A stretch of DNA of 64,000 bases from Amoebophrya sp. A120. Taxonomy: Eukaryota > Protista > Dinoflagellata. A program made the translations under genes and the position numbers. The notes below the pieces were generated by a model, which was given only the letters and a program-made list of their open reading frames with translations, was not told where the DNA came from and searched no databases. Each line of letters starts with the position of its first letter. Position 1 is the first letter of the stretch. Shown here in pieces: positions 22,789 to 35,869 of the stretch. The stretch is taken from the NCBI GenBank assembly GCA_905178155.1, contig CAJINV010000006.1:502398-566397 (forward strand), read 5' to 3'.

Positions 22789-25700
22789 TCAAAACGCTTT
22801 CACCCTTTCCAGCACGGCCGCAAACTTTTCATCTAATTCCTTCTCTTTCTGATTCAATTCCGTTGTCAATTGGTAAATCAGCGCCTCAATCTTTTCCGCT
22901 TCCCTTTTCCCCCGCGCCTTCTCCGCCATGGCGTGGACGATCTCTAGTTTCCGCTCCAGCGTGTTGAAAGTTTTCTCCAGCGTGCGCAAGTGGTCGCTCG
23001 TCAATTCCTGTAGCTCTTCCGGAAATTGTAGATCCTTCTCTTTCGTAGTCCCGTCGGTCAACTTTGCGTTGTATCTAATGTAAAAATGTCTGGGTCTGGA
23101 AGATTGCCAGGTTTGTCATGCATTTTTCGCATGACGCCTGATGCTTGTAATGCATGACCTAGCAACGCAATTTTTAGAGGGCTTCCTAATGGCTGTTCCG
23201 CATGAGAAATGCCCTCTCCGCGTAACACAAACTGGAGTCCTGTTGCTGGTCATGCAATACAGATTTTTTTGGAATCCAAAGACAGCATTACAAGTTGCAA
23301 TCTTCCAGACCCAGACATTTTTACATTTGATACGTTGGTAATTCTCGCCATCTCCGTCTCAATTTCCTTCAAATGCGTCTGCGTCATGCGCAGCACGATA
23401 GTCTTGATCGAGTCGTCCAGCAATTGCACTCTCCGCAGCAGGTAGTCGAACGCGAGCACGTCCCGGCGCTTCTTTTGAATCTCGGTCTCCTCAACTTCTT
23501 CTTCCTCCGAGCTCTCTGTTTCCTCTTTTTTTGGCTTCTTTCCGTACTTGCCCACCCACCGGCCGGACGTGTAGCCGAGGCCGTGTTCTGCATCGATCAT
23601 GTCATAAACTTCCGTTTCTCTTACCTTCTTTTTTTTCTTCTGCGCTTTTTTCCCTTTTTTCGCGATCAAGTCGCTCACGGATTTTTTGCTGCTTTGCGCT
23701 TCTTTGTCATCGTCCGCAGCAACATCTCCCCCAGTCCCGTCGTCCCAAAACTCTTCTTCGTCTGCATTTCCCGCCGCTTCCGCCGCGCTGTCACGGTTGC
23801 CACGGTTCATCTTGCTGCTGGTGCGGTCCTTGTCTGGATCTTCGGAAATTTCCTCCTGGATAAACGCTATGCAGTGCAAAAGTATCGTACTCGTACTAAT
23901 TGCGTTTATGCATTACAAATCTCTTTGTTAAGGCAAATCTGCATTACAAATTCAATTTGTGATGCTAAGTAAATTTGTAATGCAACTTATACTAGTACGA
24001 TACTTTCGCAGTTCATAAACACCACTTCCACGTTCTCCCTGCCATGCCGGTCACTCGCGGTCGACTCGCGTTCGCCGCCGGCCAGGTCTCCAGAGACTCC
24101 GTACGGATTTTTCTTCGCCTCGTCTTCATCTTCCAAGACGGTAACCTGCAGCTCCACCTCTTTATTGTCCTTCACCACGAGTTCTTTTGCGTATATCTTC
24201 TTCACCCGCGTCAAAATGGTTCGCACTACGGACATATCAAATGCAAAAATGTCTGGGTCTGGCAGAGTCATGCCGCTTTTGCATGACACAGAAGGTCTGG
24301 CATGGAAGCTCTAGCATCACAGGTTTCGAGAAGCTTCCGCAATGCCGAACCTGCATCACAAATGCCCGATTAAGATGGCAGAAAGTGGGCAGCTTTTGCT
24401 GCCTATGCATGAGAGATTCTTATGAATGTGAATGTGTTGTGAAATGCGCATCACAAGTTCGCATTCTTCCAGAGCCAGACATTTTTGCAGTTGATAGGAC
24501 AACTCCGATTCGATGATCGTTGCATCCGAAGCCAGGTCCTTTTCCAAGTGACTCGCCGCCTCGACAATCAATTGCACATCTGACTCCGCGAGCAACTGGG
24601 CATTCGGCGTGAGCTTGACCATCTCCTTGACCGTTTTCGAGAACAAGGCGACCTCCTTTTGCCGCTCCGTCAATCGTTCGCGAAAATTTTTCGCGTCGAA
24701 ATTTTTGAACTTCGTCAGAATCCGGGCGTCATTGCCCGTCGCGAGCAGTCTTTTCTTTTTCAAGTCTTCCAGGAGAAAATCTTCCAAATCTTGGTACTCA
24801 AACTCGAATTGCTCTGTCAAATCCTGTATGAATTGCAGAAGTCTCGCACTTGTAGTAAGTAATCGCAGTCATGCTCATGCACCATTACAAATCTCCTTCT
24901 TAACCTAAGTCCGCATATACAAATTTCATTTTTCATGCTGGGGGAATTTGTCGTGCGAATTCTACTAAAGTACGATACTCTTTTGCAATCCATATCCTGC
25001 AGGTGCTGGTGCAGAGCGTGGTCCACGGCGTCCACCAAATCACGATCGGTTTTGTTTTCGATCAAATCATCCAAATTGGTCGCCTGTTCGGGATCCTCGG
25101 CCGCTTTTACAAGCATCTGCTTTACGTCCGATTTGGTCTGATCCGTCGTGATGTTATTTCCCTTATTTCCTGAGCCGTCGTTCTTACCGTTTGATGTACG
25201 GAGTTTCTTCGACTCCTTAGCAGTGCCACTTGGGCTTCGCGATGAACCGCGCGAGGACACCGATGTTTCACTTCGGCTCCCGCTCCGCTGCTCCTTCTTC
25301 TGTTTTTCCTTCTTTTTCACAAAAATAGTTTTCGTGGTTCCGTCGTTATCGACGACTTGCTATTCTGAGTAAAAACATCCCTACCCCAGAGTCCTCAACA
25401 TGCGAAATCTGCTATACAAATCCACCAGCTTTGGTTGTTTCGCATGACAAGTTTGTCTTCGTAGTGTAATCCTGTTATAGATACTTAGTTCACAAGCATG
25501 ACAGATCCAGCATATCATGCTGATTCCAGCATCGCAAAATCCCAAATACGAAAAAAAAATGCTTCTCATGGGGCTCCGCTTGAGCAACGTGTCTCTTTTA
25601 ATTTTTGGCATGCAGATTTGCATGACAACTCTGGGGAGGTGGGGACGTTTTTACTCAGGATACTTGCTTTTCCTTCACTTGGTCCGCGACTATTGGCTTC

Positions 25701-28700
25701 TGCTTACTCAGTATCAAACAAAAAAAGTTCGTCACGATCACTCATGCGCATTCTTGCAATACAAAATTGTTTGTCATGCGTAAAAATGCATCACAGCCAA
25801 ACTTTATTAGGGATTTCCCTAGTGTTTCTGCAACACAGAGGAAAGTAGTGATGCCAAAAAAATTTGTAATGCAAAACCCGCAAGTTAGTGACTGTGACAA
25901 ACTTTTTCCTCTCCATACTCAGCTTCCCACCCGGGATGGAAATGGAAGACGGCATCAGCTGCATCGACGGTGGGGTATGTAAATTCTTGGTTTTGTACAT
26001 GGCTGCATTCGGGGCGGCAGCGCGTGGTGAGCTGCCCCGCGAAGTAGAGCTCTTGCTGGTACTGTCGCTCGGAAGATTATTATTTCCATACGGCGTATCC
26101 CACGAAAAAAGTGTATACAGTTACACACTTTTTTATTGTAGTGAATTCAGCAACGCAAATTGCTCTGCATGAGAGAGAAAACTTGTAATGCAGCAATCCT
26201 ACGGGAATAAAACATAAACACCTATGAAACGAGGCTCCTATGCATATCCTGCATGACAGAGCTTGTCTGTCTTGCTTGGCCTGCATAGACTATGTGTGTA
26301 ACTGTAACACTTTTTTCTCGCGATACGGCGTCAAGGTTTTCACCACACTCGCGTTCACCACCGCCCGGTTACCGCGGGACAGTATCAAATACAAAAAATA
26401 TGCCTGGATGTCTGGAAGCGTACAATTTTGTCATGCAGAATTTCCATGCGCCATAAGGTCTGGAATGCAGGACCTAGCATGACAGATTGTGCGAGGTATC
26501 TATCATGCCTCTATTCCTGCATGAGAAACTCCCTCTCATCATGGTGGTCAACAGAAAAGGAAAGCTTTTGGCGATCGCGCAAGACAGATTTTTGTGTGGT
26601 CCAAATGACGCATCACAAGTTCCATCCTTCCAGACGCCGAGGGCATATTTGCAATGCATAGACAGCGCGCGCTCCCGATTTAGCCGGGAAATTGGTCCGG
26701 TATAGAGAGAAAAAAGTTTGTCACAGTCACTAAGCTGCAGGTTTTGCATTACAAATTTTTTTAGCATCACAAGCTCTCCTTGTAATGCAGAAACACTAGG
26801 GAAATCCCTTATGAAGTGTGGCTGTGATGCATTTTTACGCATGACAGACAATTTTGTATTGCAAAAATGCCCATGAGTGATCGTGACGAGCTTTTTTCTT
26901 TTGATATCCGGTGGACCCGGAATACTCCGACCGGCCGCTCTGCATGAAGTCAAAATGCGCACTGCCCTCCGCGTATCAAATGCAAAAATCCCTGGATGTC
27001 TGGAAGGTGGCAAGTTGTCATGGTAAATCTGAATCACGTAAAAATCTGTCTTGCATGATTACCAAAAGCTGTGCATTTTTGACCAAGTTAGGATGGAGTT
27101 TCTCATCGACAGGATAGGCATGATAGGAATCTCACAGAATGTCTGTCATGCTGAGTCCCGCATTCCAGATTTCACGGGTCATGGAAAATCTGCGTGACAA
27201 GTTTACACTTTTCCAGACCTCCAGGGATTTTCGCACTTGATACCGCGTGCAGCTGATGAGCAATCGGGTCGATCATTTGATGATCGTAGTCAATGATGTG
27301 CATTGCAAATATGTCTGGGTCGAGATTTGTGATGCAGGACGTCAAGGACAACAAGATCTGTAATGCATGAATACCATTGGCCAGTTTTTTTGTCGTGCTG
27401 GATATGGTAGTTTGTCATGCTAAATGCGAATGAAATCCCCAAAGAATGCCGAGGGAAATTTCTCATGCTGTTATACCTACAAGCAGCAAGTTTGCAATGC
27501 AAGTATCAGCAACACAAGTTTATTCCAGACCCAGACAACATATTTGCAGCTGATAGATGATGCTCGCTTGCGACTGCGACTGTCCCGACTCCATGTCCCT
27601 ACTACCAGGCTCGGGAATCTGCTCTGTGTATCAAAATGAAAAATCCCCCCTCCCGATATCAAAATGGAAATTTGTGATGCTGACTTGTGGTCACAAATCA
27701 TCGTTGTCTTGCCTATAACGCAATAGGAGCCATGTGGCGCATTCCAAAGCAAATCTGTCATGCGCTTGCGGCTACTGTAAACCTGTTTTCCATGCGTAAT
27801 TGCTAGCCTTCTGGATACCCAAACAGGCTTAGAGCATGCCGCCAAGCACTTTCTGCAAGACAAACCTGATTTGTGTTCCCAAATCCAGCATCAGAAACTT
27901 CGTTTTGATATGGGGAGGAGGATTTTTCCTCGCAATACTGTGCGCCGGGATGCCTCGGAGCCCTCCGCACGCGGCTGCCGGTGGTGCGGTCCTCCGGCGC
28001 CTATCCAGAAAAAAAAGTGTGTAACTGTAACTTTCTTTGAGGAACAGCATCACAAATTTACTCTACGTGACAGAGAAAACCTGTCATGCGTGGGTTGTAA
28101 GGCAAAACACACATAAAAAGAGGGCCTCATGGCTGTCTCGCATGACAGGTGTAACTCTGTTGCATGTTCTGCAACACAAATTTTTACTTCTTACACAGTT
28201 TTTTTCTTGCATAGCGCCCTGGAAGAAGTTATTGTTCGTCAGCTCGTCGGCCTCCGCAATGGTAGAATACAACCGCTTATGCATTGCAACAGTATCGTAC
28301 TAGTAGTGATTTTTGCATGACAAAGTTGTCATCAGCATGAGAAATGAAATTTCTGATGCTGATTTACCTTGAGAAAGAGCTTTGTCATGCATAATTGCAA
28401 TATACTATGAGTACGATACCTTTCCCCAGGATACCGGTACGCCGGATCGTTCGGGTGGATTTGGTTCGTTCCCGGGATCACATTCGGATGAATCATGGTT
28501 ACACAGCTCGGATTTTTATCCACTGCAAAAGTATCGCACTTGTACTAATTGCGACAATGCATTACAAATCTTTTTCTTCAGGCAAATCCGCATGACAAAT
28601 TTTATTTGTAATGCTAAGTCAATTTGTGATGCAATTTATGCTTAGTAGTACGATACTTTTGCAGTGCATACGGATGTTGAATCAGGACGTTTGGAGGTAC

Positions 28701-31700
28701 TACTGTCGCGGCTCCGCCGGGTAGTAGTTGTGTCATTTTGTCCTTGTGGTGGTGATGGTGGTGATGATGATGCCCACTACTGACCACGTGACTCCCCGCT
28801 GTGAAGCCCGCCGCCGCCACTTGAGTCGTCGTTTCATTGTTCCCGACTGCAGTGGAAAATGTCACTTTTTTGTCCATTGCCGACTTCCGCTGCTCCGACG
28901 TGGTCAAATTGTCCAGTTGCGCCACCATGTTCCCGAGGTTATCAGCATGATCTGAATGCAGCAGCGACGAGGGTCGCGTCCAATCGCAGGACAACGCGTT
29001 AGCCGCTTTTTTCAAGTCCACCCCCGGCGGCGGCACGATCTCGCCCTGTGTCGTGTGAGCTCCTCTGGTCGTGCTGCCAGGAGCAGCTGTGTTATTTGTA
29101 GTGTGCACAACTCCCCTGCTTGTTTCTTCGTCCCCCCGCGGGGGGCTTTTGCTCCGCTGCGCAATCACTTCGACGTCTATCACGGGGCAGGCCACCTTCG
29201 TTTGACACAGCTGCTGAAATACCGGTAACAGCGTTCCGCTCGGGAGCAGTTTCGGGCGCGTGGCTATCAAAAGGAAAAGTCCCCCCCTCCCCATGTCAAC
29301 ACGAAGTTTCTGATGCCGGCTTTGTGTAGTACACAGATGCCAACTGTCTTGCTGGCGAGGACTGCAGGCACATACTAACTGTGAGTAGAGAGGCCTGGGC
29401 CTACGCGCTTAGCATGAAAAACATCCGCACTGTAGGCCCAACAGCATCACCAACCGCCTGCATAATGCGGCGAAGCCTGTGGAGTTGCCTTCTTGCAAGA
29501 CAGACGTGATTTGTGGTCACAAATCAGCCACACAAATTTTCGAAAATAACGTACCTTGGCAATATGGGAAGGGGTGATTTTTCCTTACGATAATGGCGTG
29601 CGGCACGCGAATGGAAAAGAAAGTCGGAAACTGTGCTGCCGACTGTCTTTGCGTGTTCAGCAACTTGTTGATCTGTTGGGGCGGCGGCCCCTGCACGACA
29701 CCAGCGGTGGTTTTTGACGTGGTTTGCGCTTGAGGATTCGGCGAGGTCGTGGCAGAGGAGATAATTATGAACTGCAAAAGTATCGTAGTCGTACTCGTAT
29801 AAATGCATTACAAATTTCCTCAGCATGAGAAATAAAATTTGTAATGCTGATTTACCTTGAGGAAAAGATTTGTAATGCATGACTGCAATACGAATACGAT
29901 GCTTTCATAATAATGACCATGTGCTGCTGCTGTGGATCCTGCTGTTGAGAAGAAGTCCCTTGTATGGATGTGTCAGAGTTGAAATCGACAAAGTTGAAAT
30001 GATTTGCCATGCATAAAATGCGACACAAAGACTGACGCTATTGCTGAAGGCGCAAGGGAGGCAGATTCTAGTGCTGGTAAGGGTCAAGAATTGGGCTGCT
30101 GACTAGCATGACAGGGAGCAGCCACCTTTCCCTAAACAGCATGACAGACTTGCTTCAGAGGCCAGGAAAATTTGTCATGCGCCGATTGGAAACTGTGGGT
30201 GTCTAACTGGTATAGATTTTATGCATCACAAATTATTTCAACTTTGTTAATTTCAATCCTGACAGTTCCATACCTTGTTTCGACAGCGTACTAATTCTGC
30301 CGCTCCGGACCGGACTCACCGGGCTTTATCCTGTGTAAAAACGTCCCCACCCCATAGTCAACTTGGGAAATCTGCTAGACAAATCAACCAGCTTTGGCTG
30401 TTGCGCATGACAAATTTGGTCTCGGGGTGTAATCCTGATTTAGCTTGTTCAGAAGCATCACAGAGCTAGCCTATTGTGCTGATTGGAGCATTACAAATTC
30501 CAAAACACGATCAAGAAATGCGTGTCATAGGGCTCCGCATGAGAAACATTTTGAGCATGCAGGTTTGCATGACAAATGTGGCTTGGGGACGCTTTTACAC
30601 AGGATAGGCTTCCCGGCGGACTGAGTGTCGGCAACGCCGGTAACACCATATCCATTTGCGATGGAGGGGTCGGCGGCGCGGGGCCGCTGGGCGGGGACCA
30701 CGCGCCCAGAGCTGTGGCACCAGCGGCTGACGATTGCCGCCCTGGCACGGAGGAGCTCACCCCCGGCTTCGGGGAAGACGAACGGTAGTAGGAACCAGGC
30801 TTGTCAAACAATGAAGGCGGGACGGAACTACCCGGCTTTGCTTGCTGTTTCAGTTTCTGCTGTAGGCTGGTATTAGTATTACTGCTCTTGTCCTTGAAAT
30901 AGTTTTGGATGCAGAACCCGACATCTAACTCGTCGTCTTGTTCGTGTAACAGCCCGATAAGCGGCTCGGTCGGTTTATGGAAGTGTCAGAATCGAAATTG
31001 ACAAAGTCGAAAAATTTGTGATGCATGAAATCGATACCAGTTGGCGCCTCAGTTTCCAGGTGGCGCATGACAAATTTCGGGAGCACCCGAATCCAGTCTG
31101 TCATGCTGTTTGGGCAAAGAAGACTGCTCCTGTCATGCTACTCTGGCAGCACATTGCATGCCCCTAGACAGGCTTATAATCGGTCTCATTTACCTGCTTC
31201 CCAATACAGGCCTTCAGTGCCCTACATTTGACGCATCACAAGTTTTTCGATTTTGTCGATTTCGATCCTGACACTCCCATACGGTTTCACGTGGCTGTAG
31301 AGGTCTTCGCGACTTTCCAAAAACCTCCGCGCCCCAAGCTGGAAAAACGCCGCAGCCGAATCTTTATCCTTGCGCACCCCATGGTTTTTGCCGCCCAACC
31401 TCCCCGCTTCCCTTTCCAAAGTCATCGCCAGTTCTTCGATGTAAGCGTTCGTCTTTTCCACCAGTTGGGCCTCGTACTTCCCAAAAGCGTGAATTTCGGG
31501 ATTGTCCATCCAGCCGTTAGATTGCTTGATCGTATCACATGCAAAAGTGTCTGGGTCTGGAACGTTGGAACTTGTGAAGCTAACTTTGGACTCTAAACAA
31601 AATCTGTATTATGACCAGCAAGAGGAGTCTAGTTTGTGCTACGCGGGGAGGACATTTGTCATGCGGAGTAGGCATCCGGAAGCCCTCTAAAAATCTGTGA

Positions 31701-34420
31701 TGCTAGGTCGTGCATTACAGGCATCCTGGGTCATGCAAAATATGCATGACAAACCCGGCAACATTCCAGATCCAGACATTTTTGCATTTGATAGATCGTG
31801 ATTCGGATCAACTCCAGCATGTTTTTCCAGCAGTGCTTGGTGACTTCCTATCCTCAGGAAAAACGTCCCCACGACCCCATAGTCAAGTTGGAAACTCTGC
31901 AACACAAATCCAGAAGATTTGGGAATTACGCATGACAAGTTCTTTCTCGCTGTATCGTAGTGCTGGTTAGCAAGGGGAGCCGCATGACAAAACCGCCCCC
32001 TTATCCTGTTTGCAGCATTACAAATGCCAAAACACGATTGAAAATGCCTCTCTACTTCGGGATGCGCATTACAAGTTGTGTGCCTGCGCTTGCAATTCTG
32101 CATGACAACTCTGGGCTGGGGACGTTTTTACTCAGGATACTTCCTGCAGAAAGTTCGTTTCCGCTTCGGAAAGGATCAAAAATTTGGCGTTGGGGAGAAG
32201 GTTTCGGTCTTCGTGCTGTTGCATTTCCTCGATCGACTCCGCGTTTTGTTCCCAGTACTCCTCAAACTCTAGGCGGAACAGCTTGGTGCAAAAGTCCTCG
32301 ATCTCCTTCCGGCCCACCGGGTTGAAAGCGTATTCGCCGATGATCAAGCGGGACAAGACCACGCAGTACGGCTCGAAAAAAACCATGCCTAGTTCCACCG
32401 CGAGGTTTGTCTGCGCCGAGAACCGCGCGAACCGGCGCAAAATCGCGGACTTGGGCAAACTCAGGGCCCCGGTGGGCGGCGCTGTGTCCGAGGGGGCCCC
32501 GGTGAGCTGTGTCGCCTGCACCAACTGCTCGCACCAGTTGCAAAAGTTCAAATCTTTCGACAAAATTTCAGACTTGAACCGCTGCTGTTGCGAGAGCGAC
32601 ACCCGCTTCGGCGAAGTAGACGTGGCAGCTGCCTGCGTATCCAGCAAGGGTCTTCTAACGATCTCAGTCGAGGGACTTCTACTTGACCGTCTCGTTGGAG
32701 GTGGTGCCGTAGATTGCTGTGCAGCTTTAATACCATTCCGGCCCACGACGAAATCTTCGCCAGCTGCTCCTACTTCCGCATAATTAGAAGTGGAGTTCCT
32801 ACCATACCTGCTCGGTCGGCTACTACTTGCTGCTTGTTCGGGCAAAACCGCCGGCTTCGCGGCGACTGCGAGCGCCCCTCCGTCACTGACCCTCACATTG
32901 ATGTTCGTCAGGCTCTTGATAGTCCTACTACTGGCGTCCACTGGAACATTTTTTTCAGAAAAAGCCACTTGCTCCGCTGCCGAGGCCCTGGTCTCTCTTC
33001 TCCCCTCCCTTTTTTCAAGCACCTGCTGTGAGGGAGGACCCGTAATTCCGAAGTTCTGCATGTCGTAATCCTCGTAAAAGTTGTCACCTGCTTGTTCAAC
33101 AAAGGTGTTGTCCTCAAATTCTTGTTTTAGTGCGCTGACTGCATCAGAAGGAGAGGTTCTTTGTGACGTCGTTTGTTCTTCCGGTGCGGCCGAGTCAGCA
33201 CTCATGAAGACGTATTGTAAGGAAAAATCCCCCCTCCCCATATCGAAAAAGTATGATTCCGAAAATTTGCGTTGCTGATTTGAGACCACAAATCACGTCT
33301 GTCTTGCAAGAAGACAAGTGCAGAAACTTCCGCTCCATTATGGAAGCGATTAGGCATGCTGTTGCGCCTAGGGGGCAGCCGTTTGTAATGCTAAGCAACT
33401 AGACCCAAACGCCCCTACCTAGGCCGAGGATCTGGCTGCGCTGCCTTACTGCAAGACAAATCAGATTTGTGTACGCAAATCCGGCATCAGAAACTTCGTT
33501 TTGATATGGGGAAGGGGGACTTTTCCTTTTGATAAGACGCTCTCCTTGTTCGCGGCCACTGGATTGTCTTTTTTCTTGAACGCAGACTGCCTTCTTGCAG
33601 GCGACGACAGGGATATGGGGGTTGTTGTTCTTGCTCGGTTCCGGCCGTCCCCGGGTTGTTGTACTTGTGCTTCTTTTTCTTCTTCTTCTTCTTCGCCCTC
33701 CTCCTCCTGTCTCGTCCCCGAATAATTATCATTTTCCTTCGCAGAAGTCCTCGCTGCAGAAGTCATAATCGAGGCCACCCGCGCCGCGGACTCTCGTCCT
33801 TCCCAGACCGCCGACATAGCGACCAGCATGTCATCCTCCCCTTGCTCATCAAGAACGGGCTCTTGCTCCGCAGCAGCCTTGATGTTGTCCTCCGCTCGCG
33901 TACTGTTGTTGAGCTGCTCCGAGGCAGAGGTGTCTTCCCATTCAATGTTCGTGTTCCCCCCGCTGCTCGTATTTATTATTTTGATTTTCTCGCTGCTTGG
34001 TGGCTCCTGCTTTGACGGCGACGACGAGCTGGAGCTCTTCCCCATCAGTATGCTTTTGAAGGATCTGCCCTCGACCACCGCTTTCTCGCCCTCCGGCTGC
34101 AGGCGTGCTGGCTTCATGTTGTTGGTCCTACTGCGCTGCTGCTGGGTACTAGTTAAAGGCGGAGAAGTAGAAATAGAAACACCAGCAGCACTACTGGAAG
34201 AAGTACTACTTTGTTGGAACTTCGCCAACAGCCTACTGTTCAGCGGCGGTGAGGAGGACTCGAGGTCTTGCACTTCTACTTGCGAGGATGTTGTAAAAAT
34301 GCGGTTTTGCAACATGCCAGGTTGTAGTTCTTGGTCCCCCGCCGGCTCCTCATCTTCCGTAGACTCCCACTCTTGGTCGTTGTTGGACTCGTTTGTCGCA
34401 CTGCCTGCGGGCTGTACCAT
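22789..34420 (-). CDS. Hypothetical ~1950-aa protein, low-complexity N-terminus and coiled-coil C-terminus; 24 exons, 23 introner introns
   Basis: Exon sum after removing each element plus 5 bp = 5853 nt (multiple of 3); junctions checked join the provided ORF fragments in frame (ESV|FMS, QEV|TKHCW, VKP|TEPL). Confidence 0.78.
23072..23332. mobile_element. Introner family A
   Basis: TSD CGTTG. Confidence 0.92.
23868..24017. mobile_element. Introner family F
   Basis: TSD AACGC/AACAC. Confidence 0.87.
24235..24496. mobile_element. Introner family A
   Basis: TSD GGACA. Confidence 0.9.
24827..24994. mobile_element. Introner family F
   Basis: TSD TCCTG. Confidence 0.87.
25361..25662. mobile_element. 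Introner family B
   Basis: TSD CTTGC. Confidence 0.9.
25712..25917. mobile_element. Introner family H
   Basis: TSD CTCAG; inverted sister copy at 26701. Confidence 0.88.
26096..26325. mobile_element. Introner family E
   Basis: TSD CGGCG; sister copy at 57922. Confidence 0.9.
26383..26660. mobile_element. Introner family A
   Basis: TSD GACAG. Confidence 0.9.
26701..26906. mobile_element. Introner family H (opposite orientation)
   Basis: TSD TCCGG. Confidence 0.88.
26974..27242. mobile_element. Introner family A
   Basis: TSD CCGCG. Confidence 0.9.
27297..27555. mobile_element. Introner family A (TGT start)
   Basis: TSD AATGA/GATGA. Confidence 0.82.
27629..27937. mobile_element. Introner family C (TIR ~TATCAAAAGGAAAAATCCCCCCTCCCCATATC)
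   Basis: TSD CTGTG. Confidence 0.9.
28002..28213. mobile_element. Introner family E
   Basis: TSD GCGCC. Confidence 0.9.
28278..28433. mobile_element. Introner family F
   Basis: TSD CCGCT/CCGGT. Confidence 0.83.
28517..28670. mobile_element. Introner family F
   Basis: TIRs; flanks CGGATTTT/CGGATGTT (possible 8-bp TSD). Confidence 0.83.
29265..29592. mobile_element. Introner family C
   Basis: TSD GTGGC/ATGGC. Confidence 0.87.
29766..29909. mobile_element. Introner family F (right TIR shortened)
   Basis: TSD ATAAT. Confidence 0.83.
29963..30272. mobile_element. Introner family D (TIR ~TATGGATGTGTCAGAGTTGAAATCGACAAAG)
   Basis: TSD CCTTG. Confidence 0.9.
30327..30606. mobile_element. Introner family B
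   Basis: TSD GGCTT. Confidence 0.9.
30976..31281. mobile_element. Introner family D
   Basis: TSD CGGTT. Confidence 0.9.
31533..31793. mobile_element. Introner family A
   Basis: TSD GATCG. Confidence 0.9.
31849..32139. mobile_element. Introner family B
   Basis: TSD CTTCC. Confidence 0.9.
33213..33534. mobile_element. Introner family C
   Basis: TSD AGACG. Confidence 0.9.
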
Positions 34421-35035
34421 TTTCTGTTAGAAGTACGATTTGGTTTCACTACTAGACTTTTGGTGGCTGCTGTGACCTGTAGTTGACATAGACTAGACCT
34501 CTATGATCCTTTTTAATATCGAAGTACGTATACGAGTACTTCTAAAAACTCTGAAGCGCCATACCTAGTTTTACGAGGGTCGAAACTCGAACTCCTCCAG
34601 GTCGTGCAGATGAGATATTAAACACGACAAACGACCAGTTACGCCTTATCTGCTTCACCACAGCTGCAGCTCATAGCACTAACGAAAAAAAATTCAACCA
34701 CCCGTACTGTTCTTTTCCCAGTTTCATTTCCGAGTTGTTAGATTGTGATACCTCACGACGTAATGGATGATCTACCTAGTTACGCCCAATTTTCACGACG
34801 AAGTAGATGAATTACGACAATGCTACGAATCTTGTTCCCTCCAAGAGCAGCCCACGCCGAAGACCTGTTTTCTTCTAACGTCGTTGGCCGATGTGGGCAG
34901 CTCTTGGACCACGATGTGTTGCGGTGGAAGACGATGTTTCTTCTATTAACACACATGTTGGCAACTATAATCAACGAAAGCTTGAGCTTTTTTTTTCATG
35001 TTATAAACAGATCGATGAGCTGTGCGACGGTTGAT

Positions 35036-35869
35036 TTTAGACATATCGAACAAGCAAGCAAAAACGATTCTGTGACGTCGAAGTTCGTAACCACAACACG
35101 TAAAAGAAGCGAACAGAAGATGTTGATGATGAAACAACGATGGTGTTGTAGATGTTTGATCAATGTTGGCGTGCAACAATCTCCGCGTTTTGGAGTTTGT
35201 AATGCAAATGGGCGCAAGAGGTTTTGATCAATGTTGGTGTGCAACAATCTCCGCGTTTTGGAGTTTGTAATGCAAATTGTCACAGGATGTTTTATTTTTC
35301 ACAGTTATTTGAACGTTCGAAAAACGAAGAAGATGATGATGAGAAGAAAAATCTGTGTTGCTGTTGTGAGGTCTTTCACGTAGCGGCAAACAGGCGCACA
35401 TTCTCGAGTTTTTCGAGATACACGACGACGAACGACGACCCCAGTGTCGTGATCCTTCATTTCTTCACTTTTGAACATGCGCATTTTCTCACCGAAACTA
35501 GGAAAGGACAGTACGAGAAGCACCGCTCAAAGTACGTCGCGGCACGGTGCAACAGCAAGAATTTTTCGCACTTTCTTGATTTGCCATGCTGTTTTTGAAC
35601 CGTTACTATAGAAGCTCTCAAATTCTCAACCGGAAACTGAAAAACACGAAAATATGATGATGAACGACAGCGACTTGCGCTGAGGTTTTCGGCCGTAATC
35701 TTTCCCTGTTCACGACAACGACAACGAAGACAAGAAGATGAATATCGGTGGCGCACAAGAAACGATGATGAATAAATCGGACTAGTTATGCTGTAGATGC
35801 AAGCAGAGTTTAGACATATCGAAGCAAGCATACACCATTCTGTGACGTCGAAGTTCGTAACCACAACAC
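35036..35869. repeat. Local duplications in an intergenic region
   Basis: ~60-bp repeat (...ATTCTGTGACGTCGAAGTTCGTAACCACAACAC) at ~35036 and ~35809; ~54-bp tandem repeat at ~35156 and ~35224. Confidence 0.7.

Noticed and set aside
23072-33534. CRISPR-like array of repeats with short spacers
   Set aside because: Repeats are inverted pairs of several families, the spacers are in-frame exons, and no cas genes are present
32184-34430. Plus-strand ORFs of about 200 aa
   Set aside because: Antisense shadows of minus-strand exons
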